DNA of 64,000 nucleotides from Paragordius varius (Eukaryota > Animalia > Nematomorpha). The position numbers and the translations under genes are program-made. Within the stretch, counting starts at the first letter, position 1; each line of letters begins with the position of its first letter. The stretch covers positions 8,246,001-8,310,000 of the forward strand of contig OZ176056.1 in assembly GCA_964247055.1 (NCBI GenBank). The letters run 5' to 3'. Shown piece after piece: positions 29,601 to 41,100 of the stretch. The notes beneath the pieces were generated by a model, which saw only the letters and a program-made list of their open reading frames with translations, ran no database searches and was not told where the DNA came from.

Positions 29601-32600
29601 TTAATCAATATAATCTATATTTTTGAGTATCGAAAATTATGTTGTAAATCGTAATCTATTATAATTAATATCATAAATTTGTGGTAAGGAATTGTAAATA
29701 AGTATGGATGTTTTAAAAAATGTTTGTTAGTTTGTCAATCTAATTTAAAAATAATAATATTCTGACCGTATCCTAGTAAAAATTATATTTAGATATAATA
29801 TATTCAAAATTTTTTTAACCGTAAACGGGCAAAAAATTGTATGCAAAAACATAATACCTTTCTGAACCTGACTCGTTAGATCTAAAATATTAAAATATAT
29901 TTTTAATAATGTGCAACTTTAGAATAAGAATTTTTTTATGGATAGAGAAACTAACACTAGCTTGCTTAAAGAATTTTTCAAATTGGGGTACATTGCACAC
30001 ATGAAAATATTAACATTTAACAAATCTTTCCAGTTAATGTTTAAATAAATTATCATTTAAAAATATTATTTTAAAAAAAGTGCTGAACAAATGAACAGAA
30101 GTATTCTTAATTGCTTTTATATCAACAAGCTTAGACATTTATAAAGTATAGCGTCCAAAATTAAAATTATAGATTCTATATAATAAAATTAAATGTGTAT
30201 TTTATAAATTTTGAAAAATTTATGAGGTTAAAATGTGTTGAATAACAACATTAGTTTTGTATAACATAATTTTTCCCAATCTCTAAATTTTTTAAACATG
30301 TGACTACCACTTTCATACACAAACATAAATTAATTATATTTTTAATTTAATAAAAAATATTTTGCATTCTGGACGCTTTAATTCTTAAATGTCGAACTTT
30401 ATTGAAACTGCCTATATGTTATTATTATAGAATCAAACAGTTAGCCAATTTTATGCAATAAATATTTTCTCAAAATTTTTAAAACACATTAGAATGATTT
30501 AATCAATAATTATTTTGCTTAGATTAACCGTAACTCTTATCGTATGTAAGTTAGTTTCTCTATTTTAGTACCGTAAAAATTGAATTTACGGACAAAACGT
30601 AAAAATATAAAAAACATTTTTTTTTCTAAAAGACAACCATACTTTTTCAAAAACATTTACTTATCCTATTGAAAGCATTTAAAAACAATCGTGGAGTATG
30701 TGATTGTGTTAGCAATATACATCTCTATTTCATGCTTTTTGTTAAAACAATGAGTTAAATTTAAGAATCAAGATTTTAAAAGTATGGTTGGTTTAAAAAA
30801 ACGAGTTTTCTTATTTTTACGTTTTGTGTGTATATAATTCTATTTTTAATAATATAAAATAAAAGATTTTTTATTTGATCCTATTTAAGTATATATTAAA
30901 TAATACTTTGTATGTATTGAGCATCGTTTTTGATACCGTAGGATCCTATAGAAAATATTATTAATAATATATAGGGAAAACGTTCAATTTAATGAATCCA
31001 AGTAAAAATTTGGAAAAGCAATCTACTATTAAAGTTAGATAATTTTTCTAAATTATATTTTAAAGTTTGTAATTCTTTTGTGATTATTATTTATTTTTGA
31101 TGGGTGTTGGATCTAACCAATCCACATTAATTAGCCCTTGTTCAATTACCAGTAAAAAAAGCTTAAAATCACAAATTTAATTTATTATCTAAATAAATGA
31201 ATTTAATGTAAACTATGTGAAATGGAATTAAAATAGTAGTATAAATTATTAAACGGATTAAGATAAAATGGTCGTTAAGATAAAAATTATAATAAATAAA
31301 TACCATTCAAGAGCAGGTTTGTGGATTCTATAAATATATATATATATATATAATCATAAAATATTTATATTATATAATATTTAAATTTTCAAAATACATA
31401 AATTTTGGCATCATCAGTATTGTCTTTACAAGATAAGTTAAATAATTTATGATAAATGAATATTTTAAAACTTTTGCATATATCCTATAATGATCTCTTT
31501 ATGTGCGACAATATAATGTTTCACAATCAAAACTAATGGACTTAAAGTTTGTTAATATTTTGGTAATGAATAAAATAAGTTAAATCCATTCTTCTGAAAG
31601 ACAAAAGCCATCTTATTTTTTTAAAATTTCATGCAAAACTGCAAATTTTTCGATTTTATTTGTGACTGTCGCATACCTTTTTGATTATAATTTTAGCTTA
31701 TCATACCTTTACGATGTAAGCTTTATGTAACAATAAAATTCAGTTATGATGACCAAACCTTATTCTCTAAATAGTATTTTTAAAGCATAATTTTCATATA
31801 GAACCATATAATAAATTTAACTAAAAGTTATAACCTTATAATGGAATTGCATTACAGTTCTGACGCAAGTCAGAGAGCGATTTCAGTGTGGACAATGACA
31901 ATAAAATTTTTAACGACAGATATTTTATAATTAATTTTTTCAGGATTTAAAATTATACAAATAAACGTAATAATATAAAGATAATTTTTTTGAGGAACAC
32001 CATACTTTTACAAACCTTAATATATCCTATTAAAAGCATTTAATAACAATCGTAAAATATATCATTGATTGGGCTACCAATATACATCTCTATTTTATAC
32101 TTTCTTATTTAAAATAATGAGTTACATTTAATAAAATCAGGATTTAAAAAGTATGGTGTCTTTTAGAAATAAACATTTGACTTTATATTTTTACGTTTCG
32201 TCCGTATAAATTTATTTTAACTCTATACAAACAAATATGAGGGATTTTAGAAATTTTTCTGGTAGCTATTCAATAATGAATGCTTTATTGTAATATGATT
32301 AAGTAATTTGATTATTTAATTTTTTTAAAGCCTATGTTTCTGATATGACTAGGTCTTATAAAATAAATACTTTTCCAATCATGATTTTTATTGATATTTT
32401 ATTTGTAATAGAAATTTGCGGATACTTGCTGATATGAAACTCCTGTATACTAAAATTTTATTTTTAAAATATTCTTTTGCTTTTAATAAAAATGAGAATT
32501 TGAACATATTTTATACATATTTAATAAATAAATTAGTATTTCAATAAAAAGGTATAAAAATTCCTGCCTAAAAAATGCGTTAATTTACAATATAAATTCA

Positions 32601-33763
32601 AATCATGACAAACGTTTTAACATTAAAAATATGTTTTTTTTCTTTCAAAAATAGGCATAATTTTGTAAATCTTTTACATAAACTTTTATTTTCGAAATGT
32701 ATATTTCAGTTCATATTAAATTTCTATTACTTTATCTGAAAAAATAAGTCATATTTATAAATCCAAGTGATTAATTTGTTTGTGTTCAAAAAATATTTGT
32801 GTGTATATTTTTAATGTTTACAAAAATTTACATTTAATAATGTAAACAAGGCTAAAAAAATTACATTAACAACAATATTTTTATGATGTATATTATAAGG
32901 TAGATTTTACATTGTACATAATTTAATCACTCCAAATAAACATGTAAAAACAAAATTTTAATAAATACAATACGTGGCCTTTTTTTATTATAGCCAAATT
33001 ATATAAATAAATTAGTTAATAGTTAAAATTAAAGTTCCAAAACGATTTATAATCTAAATTTAAAATAAAAACGTATTATATCGGACCTAAATTCATATGC
33101 AATCTATGCTTTTAGGGGGCATTCATAATAACATATATTTTTAGTAAATATAATTTTGAATTTGAGCTTATACAAGATTTTTTCTGGATTTAGTTGCTTT
33201 AAATGATGGCATACAACATGATATTTTAAATATAAAAATAAATTATTTTAAATATACCTATTTAATATTATGACAGCGTTTTGTTTTTTGGAATCCTACG
33301 TTATATATGGATCAATAAGGAGCTGTCAAAAACAAAGTTATGTGCTGTGGAATTAATGTTAACATTTAATTTTTAAAAACTTATTTTAATCAATAAAATT
33401 TAAATCGTTTAATTATTTTCAAAGTCGTATTAATATACTTTAGTTTTTATCAAACCTATATGGTTATCACAGAACATTTTTTCGTCATAATTACTTTAAC
33501 TTATGTTTAACATTGAAAACTAATGCCAAAATTTAAAATATACATTATTGTAAAATTTTTAAACATATAAATTATTAACCGGATTAAACGACTTAAACAC
33601 CGTTCTTGACAAAAAAAATTGTTTGCTAACCTTTAAATTCCTTTGTCTCATCGAGAGGAAAGTCGTATTTTGGACAAACCATAGTCAAGTTACTGCTTTT
33701 ATCAGAGGCTAAAACATTGGCACCAACGAGAACAGCCAATAGAAGATATATGTAGGATATCAT
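8364..33763 (-). CDS. Micro-exon gene 1: predicted secreted protein, about 312 aa, 26 exons, acidic repetitive tail
   Basis: Exons in transcript order: 33631-33763 (MISYIYLLLAVLVGANVLA signal-like), 32426-32449, 31304-31327, 31150-31161, 30937-30945, 29858-29881, 27281-27295, 24668-24721, 24591-24611, 23898-23909, 23708-23723, 22882-22916, 21901-21918, 21585-21626, 21357-21413, 19880-19885, 17495-17521, 16823-16836, 16581-16620, 16070-16123, 14294-14344, 13110-13163, 11896-11946, 11271-11327, 10201-10257, 8364-8395 (TAA). All introns are GT-AG and the sum is 939 nt, open throughout. C-terminus ...ARDDEINDTPGENEDIDVEQNSTLAQNPADLENQPHPEDEGNALPGERTTDEGQTGLEQGQQQPS*. Confidence 0.75.
9300..9850. 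mobile_element. MITE with TACCAT termini and CTTGAACACTTCAAGT modules
   Basis: Left end TACCATCACTTTAAGAGTGTTTTTGAACACTTCAAGT, right end ACTTGAAGTGTTCAAGGACACTCTTGAAGTGCAAATGG; a second copy starts at about 63815. Confidence 0.7.
10281..10504. mobile_element. hAT-like MITE
   Basis: Ends CAGGGGTGTTC / GGACACCCTTG with GCCCG subterminal motifs; no clear TSD. Similar ends at 16948-17305 and about 23100-23390. Confidence 0.6.
11400..16220 (-). repeat. Tandem duplication of a two-exon module of gene 1 including introns
   Basis: About 11400-13270 aligns by eye with about 13390-16220 once two MITEs are removed. Exons 11896-11946 and 14294-14344 are near-identical; 13110-13163 and 16070-16123 are both 54 nt with TAAG acceptors. 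Confidence 0.88.
13528..13991. mobile_element. TTAA-flanked (piggyBac-like) MITE family E
   Basis: TTAA|CACTT...AAGTG|TTAA. Removing it restores alignment with the paralogous intron at about 11540. Related copies at about 15135-15510 and 53945-54492 (GGGGTACTTGGATACCCC motif). Confidence 0.7.
17615..19500 (+). mobile_element. Decayed RTE-clade (BovB-like) LINE, 5'-truncated, antisense within a gene 1 intron
   Basis: Broken RT motifs in order: WISEKSLETAEKRK, NKVMGLDNIP, ENYQKIALISHA, MCFID, VRQG, GVKIIGKTINDLRFADDTTLIAES (about 18770-18830), ESWTLRK, LTYFGHV. Ends in a short (ACCA)n tail. Many stops and frameshifts. Confidence 0.9.
20443..20677. mobile_element. Palindromic MITE with TATACCATTTT termini and about 20-bp CAAATGCAACATTTT modules
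   Basis: TATACCATTTTCAATCAAAAGCAACAC...GTGTTACTTTTGACTTAAAATGGTATA; a more decayed copy lies at about 20103-20297. Confidence 0.7.
27679..28898. mobile_element. 1.2-kb almost fully palindromic non-autonomous TIR element in a (TA)n tract
   Basis: Ends (c)ACTGTGTG...CACACAGTG with TA flanks. Arms match by inspection from the ends (TTTTGCCCGATTTCGAT, GACGACCTAGT) to the centre (GTGGAATATCAACCAACAATCC at about 28265 and 28350). Confidence 0.82.
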
Positions 33764-36700
33764 TTTAGCAAACGTGTCAAGAGTAGAATTAACAACTAAA
33801 ATAAAAATTTATATTATAAATGAACCTTTTTTAAATATTGAATGAATGAACCTTCTGAATTGTATTATGATATAAAATTGAAGTTTGTTGTACAAAAAAT
33901 TACCTGATCTCAGCAATAGATGGTACGCTCGTACCTTTCTCTCTTGTTATTTTATTATTAACATTAACATACCTTTAGTTGATTTTTTTTAATGTAGGGG
34001 AAAATATATGTTTATCGAACAGCAATTTTTGTCGATTTGACTGTTTTCTGCCTATCAAACTTATTTTTTAAACGAACCAGTAGTCTGTAGTATACAGATA
34101 GGGGTTAAATAACAACTTGCATAGTTTAAGGTACTTTTTAATTTTAAGAATTTCCTCTCTTGAGACTTGATACTTTTTGTGATTTATGCCAATTTTATGT
34201 GGGTTAATTTTAATTTAATAAAGTCAAAGTTATGTTATAATAAAAGACAAAAAAACTATATCAAACTATTATCTGGGGTTTTATTATAATTACAGGAAAT
34301 TTTAGAAATTATATATTTGCAGCCAAAACGGATTCATTTACTGCTAAAATCTACACCAATCATCAATAACATCTATATTTAATTGTTAAAAATATTAATT
34401 TAATTAATTATAATCCTGATTAAAATAAATTTTCCGATGAAAACTTCTCGATTTAAAATAATTTTATATACTCTCCTAACTGGGTGTTTTAAAATTTATA
34501 TTATATTTTTTTTTCGTTTTATTCCGGTTTAGGCAAAAATATATGCCTAAGAATATAAATAAGTTTCTGGGAAGGTATATCTAACGATTATAGCACAGAA
34601 AACTATGATCTAATTATAAAAATAAGTGAAATTTTTTTCCAAAATATCTAATTAGCTTCAAAAGCTCAGTATAGAGAGAGGGGGTTCTTTGAGAACTGAC
34701 GTATATACTTTAATTTAAGGGCCCTAGCAGTAACACATGAGTTATTCTAGGGTAATTTTTTTTATATTTTTGCTAAATTGAGACAAATAAAAACCACTAA
34801 TTATTTAACTTAATATAATCCTTATTTGATATTAACATGTAATCGGTTTAAGTTGCAAAATAGATATTAATGTGATAATATAAGTATTGTTTTTACTCAT
34901 TTTTGTATATGTAAATTGAATTTAACTAAATAAATTTTTAATCGATATCCCATGTAAACTAACAATTTATTTTTTTCCCTTAATCGTTTAAAAGATTCAC
35001 CTTACTCAGTGCTAAAAATAATTTTTTGTAACAAATACATTGTTTTAGGTGTCTAGTAGCTTACGATTGATTAATTTTTATATATTTACATATAATAATT
35101 TAAATGAATACTTTTAGATGGAAACAATTAAAATTATAGTCTTAAAATAATATTATAGATCAAAACACCAAAATACACAAAATCAATCGATTATTTTTGT
35201 AATTTTAAACATTTATTAAATAAAAATACCTTAGTCTTTTTTAATATATTTTAATGATTGTTTAGTTATAAAGATATTTTCTATCGATAATATTCTATAA
35301 TTTTAGATATTAATATATCTAAAAATAGAAAAACTAAAAATAAAACATTTAGCGAGACCCCTGAAAAATGAACAAAAACCATCCCTAATAATAAGTTAAT
35401 TATTGTGAGGCGTTTTCTATATTCTATAATCATAATAATCAAAAAAATATCATCATTTATGATATAAGTATTATATATCTGATATTTTTAGAAATAAATA
35501 ACAACTAGATATTTACATTGATTTTTATATTGTATTTATAGATTTTATAAAAATATATATTTGAGCTATTTAAAAAAAATTTCTTAATCTATTAACAGTA
35601 TGCACATTTTTGTTGGCAATACAATAGCGTATGGGTAAAAAACAACAAATGGATGAAATTTTACACTGCCTCTTACCTTCATAACATTAAATTTGTTTAT
35701 TTAATTATGAACAAAATTTGTTTTATACCATATGCTACTGTATATATTACCAATTGGTCAACATAATAGTGTATACTGTAATCAAAAAAAATTAAGTATG
35801 CTTTAAGACAAAAATCCGTAACCGCTATAGTCGAGTAATTATTTACCCTTTAAATTGGCGCATAAAAAAAGTCCATATATAATCGTTTCATTTAGAAAGA
35901 AATATTTCCCGAATAACACTTGTAGATCCATCCATATTCAAATGTGATAATATTTAATAAGGACTCCAATGACATATTCATCAGAAAAACTAAATCCCGA
36001 AAAATAAATTTTATAAACCATATTTCGCCCAACTAAGATTAATTATGGTTTCCGTTACTGACTTTATACAGGAAAAACGTTATTTATCTTAAGTGTTGGA
36101 CACGGCACTACCCACTTAAATTGTGCCATCTTATAAATAACCTGTTTATCTAATTGTCAACAAACTAGGCGCATATAAGTATGTTAAATTTATAAATAGT
36201 CAGGTACCACGCTGTTAAAACGTCATGATAGAAATATTAAGTTCTGAAGCTATTTAAAATGAAAAAGAATTAGATTATAGATGTTCCCCAAAGAAAGATT
36301 TAATTTGGTAAGATTGACGTAGAGGCTAAAAAGTATTTAGATTCAAGGCATGCTTCATAAAAAAGTAGTAAAACTATATTAAAACAGTTAAAAGTATTCC
36401 ATTTATTAATACTCTACTGTTTATGTATTAACTCGTATGTATGGTTTCAACTTTCGTATAATACGCTACACTATATAAAAAATTGTGTTATAAATGATAA
36501 TTCCGTTTAGCAAATGTTATTTAATGGCTAGGGTATATTCTGGATGTGCTAGCAATATTAACAGATGCACAATCCTCATTGAAATTTGCATTTTTTGACA
36601 CATATTTAAAAAAATCGTTTCATGGTGGTTAAAATACAGTAAATCAAAATTTTAGAAAGAGACAAAGATAAATATTAACAGACAATCATTTTTTTAAAAA

Positions 36701-36795
36701 ATAACCCATATTTTTAAAATTTATTTCAAAATTGTTGAATGGGGGGCCACGCGTAAAAGGAGATAACGCAAAAAGAAATAATTATTGTATATCTA

Positions 36796-37669
36796 AAATA
36801 CACGTTTGTTAACTGTATATCAAAATAATATATCTTTATATATATATATATATTAATAAGGTATAAATGTACTTAAATTTATTAAGGTAAAGTGCCTACA
36901 ACTACAGATCATTCAATAATATAATAATACTAAAACGTGGTTGCGAGGTTAATATAATAATACTAAAACGTTGATTGTGAGGTTGATATACAGTAAATGT
37001 TAATTTTTAATATCAAGAATTTTTTTTTTAATCCATGTGGCATTTTTTTTATCCTTTTAAAAGTTGTTTTACAAGCATATAAAAAATAACACTTACATAT
37101 ATATTTAAATGTACTTACATGTCCCTTTTCGGTACACATATATGAGATAATAATATAATATAAACGTTGATTGTGAGGTTAATAGTTAATATAATATATG
37201 ATAATGTTCATTCAAATGAGCATGTAAGTGTTACCACTATAACTTCACTACCCCCTTCTAACGAAAGCGGACGGGTGTTTCTGACGAATTCTTGTCGGGT
37301 ACTGTCATTCCTGTATTTTTGTGGGCAGCTGGTTGTTTGTCGTAGGTTCCTGGGTATTATAATTGTTAAGACTTGAGGCTGTTTGGATAATCGGTTCGGT
37401 TTCGTCACACTGGATTGATCGTGCTGTTTGGTTGAGAATTAGCTATATTAACACCACTGACAGGAAAGACGGTATTCGACACAAGAATTCGTCAGAAACA
37501 CCCGTCCGCTTTCGTTAGAAGGGGGTAGTGTTATAGTGGTAACACTTACATGCTCATTTGAATGAACATTATATTATATTATTATATTAAGCTCGCTACC
37601 AACGTTTATATTATATTATTATATTGTTAATAAACTGTATGCAGGCACTTTAGCTTGATAAATTTGAAT

Positions 37670-37704
<35 letters not shown>

Positions 37705-37730
37705 ATATACAGTGAACAAACGTGTATTTT
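36796..37730. repeat. Inverted duplication (about 0.93 kb palindrome) built from Gypsy pol end, PPT and LTR
   Basis: 37203-37312 is the near-perfect reverse complement of 37460-37570, and looser symmetry extends to 36796/37730. The right arm reads pol end, PPT AGAAGGGGGTAG, then a TG...CA LTR of about 144 bp (37529-37672). The spacer matches the reverse complement of 40900-41050. Confidence 0.85.
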
Positions 37731-37744
37731 TGATATAATAATGA

Positions 37745-40700
37745 TAGGTTCAAAATCATTAAATTATTTGGGGTTTAAAATATCGAAAAAGGATATAATC
37801 TCATGTAAAAAAATCAAAGCAATTTTGACGTTTCATAAACGTTTTACACCAAAATTACAAATGATAGTCGGTTCCTTACATGAATTAATTAGTAAAATTG
37901 CGAATTGGTCTTCAACAGAGAAACATGAGAAAAGCTGGATAGCAGCTAGGAAATTGTTAAGCGAAAAAGTGTTTTTAACACCATATAATCACAATAGGAA
38001 ATTGATAAAGAAACTGATGCGTCTGATTAAGGATTTCGGTTCATTTAAATCAGTGGTACTCAAACCGCAGCCCGCGGGCCGCATGCGGCCTTAAGAGTGC
38101 TTTAAAATTGCCTTATTACCATATTGATACTCAAATTATTTTTTTAATGATAAATTTTAAAAATACACATAAACGAATTTTTGCTTATTTTAATATTAAT
38201 TTATTTCTTTAGATTAAATCTTGGTAATTTTTATTTTTTACCCAATTTGAAATGTAGAAAAATTCCCTACATAAAAATGATTTTAAAATGTTGGCAAACG
38301 TTGTTTCTGTTTCTGCATTCTACTTTCTTTTGTATTTTAAAATTTTTATTGCCATCCTTTTTTGTATGTAAGCAATATCCAAACTTGCATATATATATAT
38401 ATATATATTTTTTCATTGCTATCCCGCATTATTTTTTATAACTCCTTCCCATAAAATATTTTTCAAATCAATATTATTAAATTTTGAGCTGTTTTTTTAT
38501 ACCATAATTTAAATTATATTCCTATTTTTTTTAAAAAAATTACATAATTTTTTAACATAAATTCAAAGGATGACATCTAATGCTAATAAAAGTAAATTAA
38601 AAAAACGGGAAGAAAAATTCTTTGTCGTTTTAAATAAAAATATTGTTACCTGCCTTATAACATTACTTATAAATTTAGTATTTTTACAAGTTTTTAAGGG
38701 AGCAAAAAATAACCCAATTTGATAATCAAACCCTTGTTTTGAAGAAATATAATAATATCTAAACAATATTCTATAAATAAAACACTATATTTTTCAACAC
38801 TTAAAACGATGAAGAAAACATGAAATTTACTGCGGAGATTAATTTAATAATAGACAATCATTTAGTAGTTTTATCTGATGCTTAAAACTCGTTGAAAATC
38901 CATGGCATATGGATATATCCAATAACTTGACCATTTCGGTCTTGATCAGGCGCATATATTAAAGAATTCGTAGATTATAAAAATGATTCCAATTTGGAAA
39001 TAAACTTCGAGGAGAATCGTAGAGAAAAAAGATACGTAGAGTTTTTGCAAGTATCAAAAAATGTGCTCAAGTTATCCTAATTGTTTTTCCTCAACTTACA
39101 CGCGTGAGACTGCATATTCAAAAATTAATATGTCAATATATAGAGAATTCGCTTAACCGATGATCATATGGACGACGTATTAAGATTGGCCTGCCATGAG
39201 GCGAAACCAAATTTGTAATTATTGGTTAATATCAAAATAAATGTTGTTATCAAAATATGTTAATTTTTAAACTAATGGTGCAAAACGAGTTTTTAGCTGG
39301 ATTTACATACGATCCTCAAAATATCATTGCGCTGATATATAAATATGTACATATATGTCAAATAGTTATGGAATATTTGCCATATGATGGTTCATGGCCC
39401 TCGAAAAAAAAATATTTTATTTGGCCCGTCAAATTTCTTTGGTGAGTACCACTGATTTAAAGTCATGATGTTAATAGTAAAGGGTGCCGATCGCCTATGC
39501 CTCACAAAAATGTAGCAACGCGGAATCGAATTATTTCATTATCGAGAAAGAATTGACAATATTGTTTGCGCTAAAAAGGTTTCATAGTTTCGTATATGGA
39601 GAAACTGATCATTTACCATTAGTAAAGTTAATTAATAGAGATCGAAACTTAAAAGAAATACATAATGCTAAAGTGCTAAGATGATTAATAAAATAAATAA
39701 ATACGATTTTGAAATAAGTCTTTAAAAGGGGCCTCAAAATAGAGCTAATTTATCAAGATGGCCGATTGACAAGATCGATGCCTATGATGAAAATTATGCG
39801 GTTACCAGATACCTGAGATTTTTAAATTGTCATAATGAATGGTTAAGCAGAGATGAAATTCGCAAAGAAACCGTGTTAGATCCGGTCTAACAAAAAGTAA
39901 ATAAAGTGTTTAACAACCATGACTTGAGTTCTCCAGAATCAGAGAAGTTTGTAAACCGTAAAGATGAGATGGTAAGTTTAAATGATCGGAAAATTCCAAA
40001 GCCCTTCCAAAAGAGGGTGATGAGATACCTAAACAACGGTCATTACAACGTAGAGAGCATGAAAGCGATGACCAGATTTACGTGTTATTGGCCAGAATTA
40101 GAAAACGACCTGGTGAAAGCCAGTAGTCAGTGAGAATGGTGCCAATGTAGTAGGCCGAATGTAATTCAGAATTCCACTTATCAGTGGGATCATAATGTTG
40201 CTGTGTGGGAGCGTTTGCATATTTATATAGCCGGACCGGTAGACGGTTATTATTGGTGGTTAATAATTGATAGCATCTCTAAATGGGCAGAATGGTCTAT
40301 TTGAACAAGGTAACCGCAGCGAATATGATCCATAAATAAAAAGAAAAGTTTGCAAGGTTTGGCTTTGCAGAGAAATAGTTAGCGATAAAGCATCGTATTT
40401 AAACAATGAGTACTTTACTTCAACCTTAAATAAGTTAGGGACAATGATAAGAGTAATGGGATGATATAAAGGTTAGTGACGATAAAAATTAATTACAAGA
40501 GAATAAAAAATTATGCGATATCCACCCATGAAGCGTATAGAAACTCGATACACTCGACAACCAAAAAAACCCCGGCTCAATTAATGTTCAAACGAACACC
40601 CCATACCCCCTTAACCCGAAATAGTAGAACGATATTGTTAGATGCACCGGCTCCCTGACGTCAGTTTGCAATTAATGACCCAGTTATGATAAAAAATGAA

Positions 40701-41100
40701 CTAAGTCCAGATTGGCACGCCGGAGAGATCAGGGACCGTACATGGTTATTTCCTACAAGGTGTGGGACAAAGACCGGAAGAAACTCGTGAGAAAACACGC
40801 CGATCAATGAATACACTATCCACAACAGCAAACAACCATTTCAAGCAACTTAAAGTGATGAGGACGTAACTACTGTGAGAATTGATGTCACAATAGCCGA
40901 TTGTCAACCAAACAGCACGATAAACCCCAGCGATGAAACCGAACCGATTACCCAGACAGCCAAGTCTAAACAATAACAATACCTAGGAACCTACGTCAAC
41001 CAGCTCGCTTACGAAAATACAGGAGACGGTACCCGACGAGAATTCATCAGAACGTCCGCTTTGGTTATTGTTTAGGCTTACGAAACGGGAGACAGAGATG
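37745..41100 (+). mobile_element. Ty3/Gypsy LTR retrotransposon pol remnant, interrupted by a hAT element
   Basis: RT end (SLNYLGFKIS, 37760-37800); RNase H DASD-G before the insertion and PIAYAS...NYFIIEKEL...ETDHLPL after it (39484-39620); integrase zinc finger (GHYNVESMK...YWPELEND) and core start (WERLHIYIAGP...IDSISKW); purine tract followed by TG at 41099 marking the 3' LTR start. Confidence 0.9.
38051..39454 (+). mobile_element. Internally deleted hAT (Buster/Charlie-type) DNA transposon
   Basis: Perfect 12-bp TIR CAGTGGTACTCA/TGAGTACCACTG; 8-bp flanks ATTTAAAT/ATTTAAAG (7 of 8); subterminal GGCCCGC motifs; C-terminal transposase remnant STY.RETAYSK...RLTDDHMDDVLRLAC at about 39090-39200. 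Confidence 0.88.

Noticed and set aside
31746-31880. Box C/D-like pair (ATGATGA...CTGA) and a TCTGAC-GCAA-GTCAGA hairpin
   Set aside because: No terminal stem or recognisable guide, very AT-rich interior, and a 6-bp hairpin is expected by chance.
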